Assembly: GCA_023474215.1 (NCBI GenBank)
Contig: JAMCYI010000006.1
Location: 65,452 to 129,451 of the forward strand
Source: Patescibacteria group bacterium
GTDB lineage: Bacteria > Patescibacteriota > Minisyncoccia > UBA6257 > GWB1-50-10
Reading direction: 5' to 3'
Length of the DNA stretch: 64,000 nt
The position numbers were made by a program, and so were the translations under genes. Positions 27,840 to 37,931 of this stretch are shown here, one piece after another. Within the stretch, counting starts at the first letter, position 1. Each line of letters begins with the position of its first letter. Under the pieces are notes generated by a model. That model searched no databases, was not told the origin of the DNA, and saw nothing but the letters and a program-made list of their open reading frames with translations.

Positions 27840-27900
27840 ACTCCGGCAATATTCACTCAGGAAGAATTGAAATTTCCCTTGGGAGTAAGAACTAAAGTGA

Positions 27901-28053
27901 CTTCGGGAATTTCTAATTTTATTAAACAAACCGTCTCGCAGGACGAGCGGGCATGGTTTCCGCGAAGCGGAAGAGCGAGTCCGAGAGCGAGCGGCCAAAC
28001 CTCGCTGGGGTTTGGCATAGCGTGTTTGCGTATAAAATTAGGAATTCCTGAGG
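27901..28053 (+). mobile_element. 153-bp structured element, same family as the tgt insertion
   Basis: 22-bp terminal stem fully paired with G-U allowed; gcatggtttccgcgaagcggaa; ccaaacctcgctggggtttgg. Confidence 0.72.
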
Positions 28054-29528
28054 AAAATGATGTAGGCCTTGCCGTCCGTGAAGAAAGGTTCCGCTGCAAA
28101 ATTTTCCCCCATCATAGGGTGGACGAATTGCACCTTCGATTCGCTCGTAACGAGGCCCGATTGCAAAAGGTCGCTTGCTATATAATCGCGCTCCGTATCG
28201 ATGTCCGGGCTGATCTGGTGGTAAACCAAATAGCTGGTAAGTCCGCTGTCGAAACTCGCCGATGCGACCCACACCGGCTGACCGGCATAAAGAAACCTCG
28301 TTTGCCAAAACCTCGTGTGGTGCCGGACGATGAAGGTGCCGCCGACGTTCTTTTCGAAGGTTATGAGCTGAGGTTCGGCGTTCAAAAACGACGGTGAAGC
28401 TGGTGCCGCAGGGTACGGCTTTCCCTCGATCGCCGCAAGGCCGAGCTTTATGAAATTCGCCGTCGTCGGCGGGTCGGCAACGACCCATCCTTCGTTGAAG
28501 AAGGCTTGCTTCAAGCTCGCCTCGGATCCCACAACAATGAGGCTCATGGGTTCCATGGGGTCGCCGGCGATTGACTCCGAAAACTTCGGAAAACTGCTCT
28601 CAGCGACGAGACCTTCGATGCTCGACGTTGCGGAGACCACGACCGGGCTCGCAGGCAAAGGAGGAATTTTGTATTCGAGCGGATTGTTATTGTAAAAATA
28701 CACGATGAAGACGATTGCAAGCGCCAAAAGCCCCGCCGTTATCTGATAGATGGATCGTTTTTGAAAAACTGGGACCTTATCCATCGGCCTCTTACCCTCC
28801 AATTCTTTCATGAGGAAGGCGGAAAGGACTGCGATCGCAAGACCGAGCGTCCAGCCGCCCAAAACGTCTGACGTCCAATGGACGCCCAAATAAATCCGCG
28901 AAAGGCCGACGTTCAAGGGAATGAATATCGCAAGGAACCACCAAAACGCTTTTGCGGACTTTTTTTCCACCATTCTCGAAATGAGATAGCAGCCGAATCC
29001 GTAAAAGACGACCGAACCGACCGAATGTCCGCTCGGGAACGAGAAGCCGCTGCGGGGCACGAGCGCATACCAAAGGCTCGGGCGCGGACGCGCGATGATA
29101 AGTTTCATGACGGCGTACGAGACCTCGCCGAAAAGGAGAGTGAAGGCGGAAAAAAGCGCTTCCCTTTTCTTCCCCAGCATGAGAAAGAGGAGGACGAGAA
29201 CCACCGCAAGGACAAGGACGCCCTGAACGTCGCCGAGGTCGGTGAAGAGCAAAAAATACTTGGCGAATGACAGGTTCCTGAAGGTATACAAGAAGTTGGT
29301 AATGCTCTGGTCAAGCGCCGCAGATTCGCGGGAAACGACATCGAAGGCTATTTCAAGAAAAACAAAGAAGAGGACTAAGCTTGAGAGCAACCCGCCCGTA
29401 AACCGCCGGCCGTAAGGTTTGCTTTTCGAAAAGCGCTTTCCGAGGAACGCCGCGAGCGCGGGATGCTTCTTTTCAAATCTCTTCAAGGTCGGGTTTTCTT
29501 CCAACCACTCTTTCATATCCTCTTTCAT
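28038..29528 (-). CDS. PAP2 phosphatase with LssY-like C-terminal domain
   Basis: KLIIARPRP, SFPSGH, SRIYLGVHWTSD; RHHTRFW and HQISPDIDTERD. Confidence 0.9.
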   Translation of the reverse strand: MKEDMKEWLEENPTLKRFEKKHPALAAFLGKRFSKSKPYGRRFTGGLLSSLVLFFVFLEIAFDVVSRESAALDQSITNFLYTFRNLSFAKYFLLFTDLGDVQGVLVLAVVLVLLFLMLGKKREALFSAFTLLFGEVSYAVMKLIIARPRPSLWYALVPRSGFSFPSGHSVGSVVFYGFGCYLISRMVEKKSAKAFWWFLAIFIPLNVGLSRIYLGVHWTSDVLGGWTLGLAIAVLSAFLMKELEGKRPMDKVPVFQKRSIYQITAGLLALAIVFIVYFYNNNPLEYKIPPLPASPVVVSATSSIEGLVAESSFPKFSESIAGDPMEPMSLIVVGSEASLKQAFFNEGWVVADPPTTANFIKLGLAAIEGKPYPAAPASPSFLNAEPQLITFEKNVGGTFIVRHHTRFWQTRFLYAGQPVWVASASFDSGLTSYLVYHQISPDIDTERDYIASDLLQSGLVTSESKVQFVHPMMGENFAAEPFFTDGKAYIIFLRNS

Positions 29529-29554
29529 GGCGTTCTGATATTATAAAAGAACCC

Positions 29555-30721
29555 ATGGAAACTGAAAACCGGAACCGAAGGACGATCTTGGTTTTTGCGG
29601 CAGCATCGTTCTTGAATGACATCGGCCATTACCTCATTACCGTCATTTGGCCGATATTCTTGACGAGCGTTCTCGGCGCTTCGACCACCTTTTTGGGTCT
29701 CGTCGACGGCTTGGGTGACGCCTTGGCCTCGATTTCCCAAGCTTTATCGGGAATGGCTTCCGACCGGATCAAAAAACGGAAGGTTTTCATTTGGGCCGGC
29801 TACCTTGCCGCATCGCTCGGCCGAGTCATTTACTTCATGTCCCAAACAACATGGCAGCTCATACCGGGAAAGATTTTGGACCGCGGCGGCAAGATGAGGG
29901 ATGCGCCGCGCGATGCAGCCGTGGCGGATATCAAAAAACACGGCTCCCGCGCCACCGCTTTCGGCATGCTTCGGGCAGCCGACCGGGTCGGTGCGCTTCT
30001 CGGCCTCATGACATCGGCGATCCTCATCGGCTACTTCACCTATCGGCAGCTTTTCCTTTTGGCTGCCGTGCCTTCGCTTATTGGCTCCCTCCTCATTCTT
30101 TTTCTCATCAAGGATTCGCACGGCGCGGATGAGCAGCATCCTTTTTCGCTTTCCCTTCGTTCAGTGAACCGCGATTTAAAGCTCTTGATCCTTGCTTCGC
30201 TCATCTTCACGCTCGGCACGTTTTCTGATTCCTTTTACATCCTTGTCACGAAGACGAGTGGCTTTCCCGTCGAAACGGTGACCTTTCTCTATGCTGCATT
30301 CCTCGTTACGGCGGCTGCCTCCGCCGTGCCGTTCGGCAAACTCGCCGACCGCAGGAACCGCCGTTCGGTGATCATGATTTCTTATCTCTTCTTCATCATC
30401 ACCAATCTTCTCTTCGCTGCTTCGCATTCCCTCATTGGATTTCTCGCCGCTTTCTTTTGCTACGGGCTTTTTTACGGAGCGTACCGAGGAAATATCAAGA
30501 CCCTCGTCGCGGATCTTTCGCCGCAGGGCGTTCGGGCAAGCTCTTTGGGGACCTTCGGCATGCTCGTGGGTCTTGTGGGACTCCCCGCTTCGCTCATGGC
30601 CGGGTTTTTATGGCAAGCGGTTGATCCGAGAATACCGTTCGTCCTTTCAATATTCTTGAGCTTTATCTCCCTCGTTCTCCTTTCTTTCGTTCGGGAAAGG
30701 GCGGAAAAAGCGGATGCTTAA
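29555..30721 (+). CDS. MFS transporter
   Basis: GMASDRIKKRK, GKLADRRNRR motif A; 12 hydrophobic segments. Confidence 0.92.
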   Translation: METENRNRRTILVFAAASFLNDIGHYLITVIWPIFLTSVLGASTTFLGLVDGLGDALASISQALSGMASDRIKKRKVFIWAGYLAASLGRVIYFMSQTTWQLIPGKILDRGGKMRDAPRDAAVADIKKHGSRATAFGMLRAADRVGALLGLMTSAILIGYFTYRQLFLLAAVPSLIGSLLILFLIKDSHGADEQHPFSLSLRSVNRDLKLLILASLIFTLGTFSDSFYILVTKTSGFPVETVTFLYAAFLVTAAASAVPFGKLADRRNRRSVIMISYLFFIITNLLFAASHSLIGFLAAFFCYGLFYGAYRGNIKTLVADLSPQGVRASSLGTFGMLVGLVGLPASLMAGFLWQAVDPRIPFVLSIFLSFISLVLLSFVRERAEKADA

Positions 30722-31141
30722 AAGGAAAACGATCGTCGTTATCGCAGCCGAGGTCATGCAGTAAAGGCAAATCGAGTCAAGGACGAAAAGTTGGATAGAA
30801 ACCAAACCGAGGGAAATAAGGAAGCCGGCAGTCGATAAGACGGCGACGACCTTCATCGATCGTTCGTTTTTTCGATCGAGTGAAAAAACCGAAAGGAGAA
30901 CCATCGCCAAATAGTACGCCGCCCCGAAAAGGGCGAGCGGAACGCCGAAGACGGTCGAGTAAACGCTTGTTGTCACTTTCTCGCAGCCGTTCACGATGGA
31001 ACACGGGAGCGGGATTGCAAAGTAATGACTGACCGTAAGATAGGAAGCGTCGATAAATCCCAACGCCGCACAAACGAGGATTGCGACGACGATCTTATTG
31101 ACCGCCGAGGGACTGCTGGATGATTTGTTTGAAAGCGTCAT
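30647..31141 (-). CDS. Vitamin K epoxide reductase (VKOR) family protein
   Basis: C-x5-C loop pair and CLYC; follows DsbA. Confidence 0.9.
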   Translation of the reverse strand: MTLSNKSSSSPSAVNKIVVAILVCAALGFIDASYLTVSHYFAIPLPCSIVNGCEKVTTSVYSTVFGVPLALFGAAYYLAMVLLSVFSLDRKNERSMKVVAVLSTAGFLISLGLVSIQLFVLDSICLYCMTSAAITTIVFLLSIRFFRPFPNERKENEGDKAQEY

Positions 31142-31769
31142 AGCTCGTCGGATTTTGTATGATTTTTCCGTTCACAATGAACGTCGGCGTATACGTCAAC
31201 CCCATCTTCAAATCGTTTTCGTAATCCCCTTGGATTTTCGAGGTTGTCGTCGCCGAATTCATATCCGCACTGAATTGGCCGGCATTCAACCCCAATTGTG
31301 AAGCGTATGTTTCGAACGTTTTCTCCGCATCCGCGGGGCTTTCGCCGGACCACGTATTTTGATTTTGGAAGAGCAGGTCGTGCATCTGCCAGAACTTGCC
31401 TTGCGCTCCGGCTGCTTCCGCGGCGGCGGCGGACAGCGCCGCATTCGGATGGATCGTTTCAAGCGGGAAATAGCGGTATGCAAAATATATCTTTCCGTTG
31501 AAATCTTTCATCAACTGATTGAGAACCGGCGCATAAACTGCGCACACCGGGCACTCAAAGTCGCCGTACTCGATGAGCGTAGTCGTTGCGTTCGGATCCC
31601 CTTCCGTCCAATCCGACGACGCTATCGGCGGAATAAGGCCGATCCCCGCTTGGGCGCCTCCTTGATTCGTCGGCGAAGTCTTTGCAAGTTCGATAAGTCC
31701 GTATACGACGCCGACGACCGCTATGATGACGATCCCCCAGGTCAATACGCTTTTTGATTTCATGTTCAT
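31095..31769 (-). CDS. DsbA-family thiol-disulfide oxidoreductase
   Basis: EYGDFECPVC, FPL..H, TPTF; N-terminal anchor. Confidence 0.92.
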   Translation of the reverse strand: MNMKSKSVLTWGIVIIAVVGVVYGLIELAKTSPTNQGGAQAGIGLIPPIASSDWTEGDPNATTTLIEYGDFECPVCAVYAPVLNQLMKDFNGKIYFAYRYFPLETIHPNAALSAAAAEAAGAQGKFWQMHDLLFQNQNTWSGESPADAEKTFETYASQLGLNAGQFSADMNSATTTSKIQGDYENDLKMGLTYTPTFIVNGKIIQNPTSYDAFKQIIQQSLGGQ

Positions 31770-31857
31770 TTATCATACCTTCGTCGAAGGAAAAAGAAAA
31801 GCTAAAGACAAATCCCGCCGGCCTATGGACCGGCGGGACTCTCCTTCGCGTGCCGAA

Positions 31858-32007
31858 TTACGCACCCTTCTTCCCGAGGGCGGCCCAAACCGAGAGCACC
31901 GCAACAATGATACCGCCTATCAGATAATAGGTTTCGGACATGGAAGACGTGAGGGCCATGATCACGATGATCACGCCGACAATGAAGTTAACCCACTGTT
32001 TCCACAT
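31858..32007 (-). CDS. Small two-helix membrane protein (SPW-repeat-like)
   Basis: MWKQWVNFIVGV..; followed by hairpin at 31813-31840. Confidence 0.6.
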   Translation of the reverse strand: MWKQWVNFIVGVIIVIMALTSSMSETYYLIGGIIVAVLSVWAALGKKGA

Positions 32008-32081
32008 ATTTTTATTTGAGAGCCTACTTGCGTAGGATCCAGAATCGGCCTTTCTTTTATTATACATCATAGCGATATACA

Positions 32082-32342
32082 ATGAGAGGAACCATGCTCG
32101 AAGAACTTATTGCAAGCTCCCGGCTTCCTTACACGGATAAAAGCGTGTGGATAGAATTCATACTTCCCCACTTGACCAGCGAACAGAAACTCATGTTCTT
32201 CGAGGAGTTGAATTTTTCGTCGTATGCCCTCGAAAATTACACTGAAAGCTTCAAACTCAAGAAGCGCCTCGCGAGCGACGATCCGAAGGCGTTCAAAAAT
32301 TTGGTCAAAGAAGAACTCGAAGAAATCGCCGCAAAACAATGA
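32082..32342 (+). CDS. Hypothetical protein
   Basis: 86-aa ORF coupled (ATGA overlap) to next gene; start may be 32094. Confidence 0.6.
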   Translation: MRGTMLEELIASSRLPYTDKSVWIEFILPHLTSEQKLMFFEELNFSSYALENYTESFKLKKRLASDDPKAFKNLVKEELEEIAAKQ

Positions 32343-33283
32343 AATTCGAAGTGATGCACTCTCACGAAAACCGGATGGAGTCGAGGGAAATGACCCCTCA
32401 AGAACTCAGCGCGTACGCCGAAGCGATGGAGAGCAACACAATCCGGACCATCCGGAAAGAAAAAAACGAAAAGACGAGAAATAAAATGTTCCGAAAGCTC
32501 GCTTTGTGGGGTACTCTCACCATGCTCGCTATCGCAGCTCCGGAAGTAAAAGCCCAAGACAAAACAGCTATTTCCGACTCGACGAAGATCGAGAGAATAG
32601 CCGATCAAAGGGAACGCCTTGAAAAGGCCCTCAAGCACAATGAATACCCGGTGGATCCGGCGATCTTGGAAGTTTTTTACCGGGCCATGACCACGAACCA
32701 GGCGGTGGCACGCGAGGAGCTGAGACAGGAAGGGATGGAGCCAGCCGGAGGATTTTTGAAAAAGAATTTTCTTGACGCGCCCGAACGGCTCAAAAATTTC
32801 AAAGGCGGCCTCGAAAAGCTGGGCCTCCCGGAAGGAACCGTGGATAGCCTCGCGAAGATCTTCGCGTCAAAGGATGTCATTGTTCTCAACAATGATCTTT
32901 TCAAGAATGAGCAAAAATTCAAGGAAGTTCTCCTTCACGAGCGGATTCACGAAGCCATGAACGACCTCAGAACAGAGGACCTCGACAGTTTGAAGGCGGG
33001 TTACGAAGACGTGATCAACCATGCGTCGATACCCGTGAATCCCGATTCCAATTTCGGATTATCCGAGGAATCATTCCTCCAAGATAAGATGGATACGGCG
33101 AATGTCGGATCGTACGGCTGGTACACCGTCCTCGCCACCATGAATTGGGATGAGTTCTATCCTTATCTCGCGAACGGCAAATTCGTCCCCCGCGTCGAAG
33201 AGGAGGTCGAGAAGGCCCATCCGAGTGCCTACCGCATATTCAAGAAAATGGAAGAAGGAGCAAAAGTCGAAATACCAAAATAA
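32339..33283 (+). CDS. Hypothetical protein with TM helix and HExxH motif
   Basis: LLHERIHE, downstream EFY; one hydrophobic helix after a charged leader. Confidence 0.7.
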   Translation: MKFEVMHSHENRMESREMTPQELSAYAEAMESNTIRTIRKEKNEKTRNKMFRKLALWGTLTMLAIAAPEVKAQDKTAISDSTKIERIADQRERLEKALKHNEYPVDPAILEVFYRAMTTNQAVAREELRQEGMEPAGGFLKKNFLDAPERLKNFKGGLEKLGLPEGTVDSLAKIFASKDVIVLNNDLFKNEQKFKEVLLHERIHEAMNDLRTEDLDSLKAGYEDVINHASIPVNPDSNFGLSEESFLQDKMDTANVGSYGWYTVLATMNWDEFYPYLANGKFVPRVEEEVEKAHPSAYRIFKKMEEGAKVEIPK

Positions 33284-33287
33284 TTTC

Positions 33288-33866
33288 ATGAACACTTTAT
33301 CTATTGAGAAGTCGAAAACGGCGCTCGTCGTCGTCGATCTCCAAAAAGGGATCGTCGGAGGGCAAACGGCGCCTTATGCTGCGGGCGACGTCGTAAAAAA
33401 CGCCGCGGCTATCGCTGACGCGTTCCGCGCGAACGGCATGCCGGTTTTTCTCGTTCGCGTCACACCGTCTCCCGACGGCAAAGACGCGCTTCACCCGGCA
33501 GCCGACGCGCCCATGACGCCGCCTTCGTCGCGCGGGGCCGACTGGGCCGAGATCGTTCCCGAAGTGGGGCCAAAGGCCGGCGACTTCGTCATTACCAAGC
33601 ATCAATGGGGAGCCTTTTACGGCACCGAGCTCGATCTTGAACTCCGGCGGCGCGGCATTTCGACCATCGTTCTCTGCGGCATCTCGACGAATATCGGCGT
33701 CGAATCGACGGCGCGGTTCGCCTATGAATACGGCTACGACCAAATCTTTGCCGAGGACGCTTCGGCTGCCAGATCACCCGAAGAACATACCGCAACGATG
33801 ACAAAAATTTTTCCCCGCATCGGTCTCGTCCGAAAGACCGATGAAATCCTCGACGCACTCCGGTAG
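33288..33866 (+). CDS. Isochorismatase-family hydrolase (YecD-like)
   Basis: VVVDLQKG, KHQWGAFYGT, GISTNIGVESTAR. Confidence 0.92.
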   Translation: MNTLSIEKSKTALVVVDLQKGIVGGQTAPYAAGDVVKNAAAIADAFRANGMPVFLVRVTPSPDGKDALHPAADAPMTPPSSRGADWAEIVPEVGPKAGDFVITKHQWGAFYGTELDLELRRRGISTIVLCGISTNIGVESTARFAYEYGYDQIFAEDASAARSPEEHTATMTKIFPRIGLVRKTDEILDALR

Positions 33867-33885
33867 ACACGAATCCATAAAAATC

Positions 33886-33917
33886 AAAGCCGTTCAAGTG
33901 ACATTGAACGGCTTTTT
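33886..33917. terminator. Bidirectional intrinsic terminator
   Basis: aaagccgttcaa..ttgaacggcttttt between convergent genes. Confidence 0.75.
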
Positions 33918-33930
33918 GTTCTTTTACCCC

Positions 33931-34419
33931 CTAAGGTTTTCCGGTTTTTCCAACGAAGATATCCCCCATTGACGACCGCACCATTTTGAACGTACGGTCG
34001 GTCTTCTTCACAAACCAGCTTTCCGGCGGAACGGCGATCTTCAAGAAAAACACTTCTGCCGTCCCTTCGACGTCCGCCACGACAAGCGAGTCGTTCGTCG
34101 TCGGCACCGCAATCATTTGCGCCCGAACGATTTGATACTCCCTTTCGGGTACCAGAAAATCGCTGTTGTTCCGTAAATCATTCAACCTTCCGTTTTCTTG
34201 GTTTTCATCCAAGAGTAAGTTCCCAATGGGGAACATCACGAGGATGAAAATGAAGATGAAGATCGAACCGGCGACGAGCGATGGCAGCGGTCGAGAGGGT
34301 ATTTCTTCGCCCATCTTCTTGGAATATTCGTCCGCTATCCCCTTTAAGGCCCACCCGAGCGTGACCCCTAAAAGAGAACAAGGAACAATAAGGGAAATGA
34401 GAACTTGATTCTCAAACAT
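33931..34419 (-). CDS. Hypothetical membrane protein
   Basis: Two TM helices, GGAGGT RBS. Confidence 0.7.
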   Translation of the reverse strand: MFENQVLISLIVPCSLLGVTLGWALKGIADEYSKKMGEEIPSRPLPSLVAGSIFIFIFILVMFPIGNLLLDENQENGRLNDLRNNSDFLVPEREYQIVRAQMIAVPTTNDSLVVADVEGTAEVFFLKIAVPPESWFVKKTDRTFKMVRSSMGDIFVGKTGKP

Positions 34420-34474
34420 ATGACACCTCCAGTTTTTTTGTACTGGAGTTCATGGTAATCGAATCCCCACTTTT

Positions 34475-35236
34475 TTAAAAGAGGTGAAGGAAAGGACTCA
34501 CGGGACTCACGATGGAAGAAAGAGCGTCCCACGGGATCGTCGTTGTTGCCGATCCCGAAGCATACGGGCCCACTTGGTATTCTTGAAAATGCAGAATGAG
34601 CGCATGCGGCGTTATATTAAATACTTCGAAATTTGCAGGGTCCGCCGCCAATCCCCCGCTTTGGGTGATATATTCCGACGTTGAAAAGTACGTGCCGTTT
34701 TTGATCTGATCCGCGATATCGTTCGCGGCGTAATCAGCAATGACATTCAAATAATCGGCCCCGGGAATGAAAAGATCGCTCAAGGCAATGTTCTTTCCTC
34801 GGGAAAGATCGAAGTTGACGGATATCATGGCGTCCGACGGGTGCGCCATGCCGACCAGAAAGCTTTCGGTAGAAAAGAGGACGCTGACGAAATCCGTCGA
34901 GGTCGCAACAACCGCTCCCTGCATGGTAAGCGTGCTTGTTCCGCCGGCAACGGCAACTTCGCTCAAATTTTGTTTAAAACCGTTTTCTTCATTTTGAACG
35001 ATCCCTGTTACGTATGCATTGAATGCGGCTGCATTCGTCCCTTTTTCGATTTCGGGATACGATCCGCTGATCGAGTATCCGGGCCCTTCTTCGTTGATCG
35101 ATCTCGTAACGATCACGGGTCCCGCGACCGGTTCTTGTTTCACGGGTGCGGCAAAAAATCCGTCGTACGCGATCGCTCCAATCGCAACGACCGCTACGAC
35201 GACACCGACGGTTGTTCGAAGTGTTTTCGGTTTCAT
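34475..35236 (-). CDS. DUF3298/DUF4163 (RsiV/PdaC-like) domain protein
   Basis: GMAHP, NFDL..LSDLF, FQEYQVGPYASG..IPW. Confidence 0.85.
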   Translation of the reverse strand: MKPKTLRTTVGVVVAVVAIGAIAYDGFFAAPVKQEPVAGPVIVTRSINEEGPGYSISGSYPEIEKGTNAAAFNAYVTGIVQNEENGFKQNLSEVAVAGGTSTLTMQGAVVATSTDFVSVLFSTESFLVGMAHPSDAMISVNFDLSRGKNIALSDLFIPGADYLNVIADYAANDIADQIKNGTYFSTSEYITQSGGLAADPANFEVFNITPHALILHFQEYQVGPYASGSATTTIPWDALSSIVSPVSPFLHLF

Positions 35237-36348
35237 CGTCCGGTGAGCCGCTGATACTCCGATAAAAACCTTTCAAAGGTGGCCGACCAAGACATGCCGT
35301 GCGCCGATCGCACTGCCGTATCTTTCATTTTTTGCCGTGCATCGGGATGATCGAGGAGGAAATTCACTTTTTCTGAAAAATCGCGGGCATCCTTCGGCCG
35401 AGCAAGAAAACCATCCTCGCCGTTCCGGACTACCGATTTCGACCCTCCTTCGTCGGCAACCACCGGGATCACCCCCGAAGCCATCGCTTCAAGTGTGACA
35501 CTGCCGAACGTTTCGGTCGTCGACGGAAAGAGAAAAACATCCGAAGAAGCGTATGCACGCGAAAGCTCGGAACCTTCCAAACGACCCGTAAAAACCGCGC
35601 CGGGCATAAGAGCCTCAAGTCCCTTGCGCGCCGGTCCGTCCCCCACGACAACCATCCTGAAATCCCGTCGCTTTTCCTTGAGAAGCACATAGGCTGCCGA
35701 AAGCGTCCTTAAATCCTTCTCCCATGTGAGGCGACAAACGCAAAGGACCATCGAAGACGCTTCTCCGTGGAGGGTATCTTGGCGCCACAGATCGGAACGG
35801 AAGCGCGGATTGAATCGCTCGAGGTCGACCCCCCATCCTATAGTTACGATGTTCCGTATGCCATGCTTCTTGAGATCCAAGGCAACGACATCCGACTGCG
35901 TTGTGACGACGGCGACACGGTTATAGAGGCTCCTTAAAAGAAACCACACGAACTTGTCCAAAAAGCCGAGATGATAGTATGAAAGGTACTTGGGAAAATC
36001 GGTATGGTGGGTTGCAACGACCGGCAACGTGCGTTTCTTCGCATATTTGAGCGCCGACCATGCACCCGTATCCGGACTGTGGATATGGAGGATGTCCGGG
36101 TGAAAGGCATCCAACTCCTTTTCGAAACTCCGTTCCCCGCACACCGGAAAGCGGTACTCGGGATAGAGAGGGAACTTCATCGAAGGGACTACGATGGTCG
36201 GTACCGGCACGCTTTCAGGATCCGCCGTCCACCCCGTGACGATGACGCTTTCGATCCCGCGCCGCTTGGCTTCCCGAACAAGATCGAGGAGGACCCGGAC
36301 GGCTCCGTCTTGTTTTTTGATCGTTGCTATAAAAAAGGCTATTCTCAC
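35233..36348 (-). CDS. Glycosyltransferase family 4
   Basis: HTDFPKY, GVDLERF, ETFGSVTLEAMASG. Confidence 0.92.
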   Translation of the reverse strand: MRIAFFIATIKKQDGAVRVLLDLVREAKRRGIESVIVTGWTADPESVPVPTIVVPSMKFPLYPEYRFPVCGERSFEKELDAFHPDILHIHSPDTGAWSALKYAKKRTLPVVATHHTDFPKYLSYYHLGFLDKFVWFLLRSLYNRVAVVTTQSDVVALDLKKHGIRNIVTIGWGVDLERFNPRFRSDLWRQDTLHGEASSMVLCVCRLTWEKDLRTLSAAYVLLKEKRRDFRMVVVGDGPARKGLEALMPGAVFTGRLEGSELSRAYASSDVFLFPSTTETFGSVTLEAMASGVIPVVADEGGSKSVVRNGEDGFLARPKDARDFSEKVNFLLDHPDARQKMKDTAVRSAHGMSWSATFERFLSEYQRLTGR

Positions 36349-36364
36349 CTCCCCATCTTATCAT

Positions 36365-36392
36365 TTGACGCACCTTTCTCACAACTTATAAT
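36365..36392 (+). promoter_or_regulatory. Sigma-70 promoter, probably leaderless transcript
   Basis: TTGACG-16-TATAAT, 6 nt before ATG at 36399. Confidence 0.75.
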
Positions 36393-36398
36393 GAGGTT

Positions 36399-37928
36399 AT
36401 GTTGAGGAAATTCGAAGAATTTGGGAAGCCGGAAGCGCCCAACGAAGGGGAGAAAGCCGAAAAAATCGAACGAAAGGAACAGCCGGAAGAAAAAAAGGAA
36501 ACAACTCCGCGATCAGAGGAAAGACGCTCTGAAAGGGAAGCTTCTCCCGAAAGCAAAGAGAAAAATCTTGAATCGACGCTGGGACTTCTTCAAGCGACGA
36601 GGTTTCCCAAAGAAAGAATGGGCGGCATCATCCCCGTTTCACCGGAAGATCGGAAAATCCTCCGAACGGAGGTCGAACATTCCCTGAAAAATCTCGATGC
36701 GTGCTACCAAAGCAATTTCGGCATATTTCCGACCGGCGATCCGGATGACAATTTTTATAACACGTTGTGGCTGCGGGATCTTGCCCACGCCGGAGGTAAC
36801 TTTTTTGCCGAAAACAACGACACAGCGGTCATCGACTCCCTGGAAACCGCTTTCTTGTATCAAAAGGAAGACGGCTCGCTCCCTTACCGCATCGAACGGA
36901 AACATTTTCTTGCTGAGCATGTCGTGCGGGCGCTTTCCGGCTTCAAGTTGAGCTGGCTTAAAAAAATCGGCATCGATCTCGTCACTCGAAAAAGGGAAAA
37001 ACCGATCTACGAAGGCGAACAAGGGGGCAACGCCGACGACACCATACCGACCGTCACGATCACGACCGGCGAACTTTTCATACACTCCTCGAAGGGAAGG
37101 GACTTCATTAAAAGCCGCTTTGGATCGATAGAAAAAGCGATGCAACAGTTCTTGTCGAGGACCGATCCCGCGGACGGACTCGAGATTTCGCGCACGTCGA
37201 ACCCCGACTGGGCCGACAGCCTCATCCGCGGAGGAAAAAAGATCAGTACCGTGAATATTTGGCAGGCGCGCGCGCTTCAAATGATGCGGTTCATGTCCAC
37301 TAGTTTGGATCGTCCGGACCGTGCCGCCTTTTATGGGGAACGGTATCTCAAAGTGAAGAACGGCATCATGGAGAAGCTTTATGATGCGGAGCACCACTAC
37401 TTCAGGAGCGCCGAAGGGGAATCTCGCATCGATGCCGCTGCATCGATTTTCGGTTCGCTCTACATCCTGCCGGTCCAAGAAGCGGTCAAGGTTGAGGAAA
37501 CTATGGACGCTTATCTCCGCAGCAATTCCGGATTGAGGAATTTTTATCCTCCGTATCCCAAGAACAGGGTGTACCCCATTTTGAGACTGATCGGCATGGG
37601 CGGATATCACAACCAGGGCGTTTGGCCGTGGCTCACCGCCCAAAACATACAAGTGAAGATCAGAATAGCCCTCGAGCACGAGGATACCGCAATACGGGAG
37701 CAATATAAAAAGGAGGCGGTCGAGGATCTCGTCGATGTCGCCAAACTCTTCGAAGATGCCGGCGGAGCATATGAAGTGTTCGATCCGGATACCAGAAAGC
37801 CGGCAACGTGGCTCCGAACCTTGTTTCGCAGGTATGAAATGCCCAAGAATCTTATGGGTAACCTTGCGGCTTTCCAAAGCGCGTACCACCAATTGAAGAA
37901 GTTGGGGTGGCTGGAAGACGAAGCGTAG
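36399..37928 (+). CDS. (alpha/alpha)6 glycoside hydrolase, amylo-alpha-1,6-glucosidase-like
   Basis: WLRD, DWADS, YHNQGVWPWL, YEVFD. Confidence 0.75.
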   Translation: MLRKFEEFGKPEAPNEGEKAEKIERKEQPEEKKETTPRSEERRSEREASPESKEKNLESTLGLLQATRFPKERMGGIIPVSPEDRKILRTEVEHSLKNLDACYQSNFGIFPTGDPDDNFYNTLWLRDLAHAGGNFFAENNDTAVIDSLETAFLYQKEDGSLPYRIERKHFLAEHVVRALSGFKLSWLKKIGIDLVTRKREKPIYEGEQGGNADDTIPTVTITTGELFIHSSKGRDFIKSRFGSIEKAMQQFLSRTDPADGLEISRTSNPDWADSLIRGGKKISTVNIWQARALQMMRFMSTSLDRPDRAAFYGERYLKVKNGIMEKLYDAEHHYFRSAEGESRIDAAASIFGSLYILPVQEAVKVEETMDAYLRSNSGLRNFYPPYPKNRVYPILRLIGMGGYHNQGVWPWLTAQNIQVKIRIALEHEDTAIREQYKKEAVEDLVDVAKLFEDAGGAYEVFDPDTRKPATWLRTLFRRYEMPKNLMGNLAAFQSAYHQLKKLGWLEDEA

Positions 37929-37931
37929 CCG

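Noticed and set aside
30647-30721. Frameshift in VKOR suggested by a 75-bp convergent overlap with the MFS gene
   Set aside because: The VKOR domain is complete before the overlap; a simple C-terminal run-on explains it.
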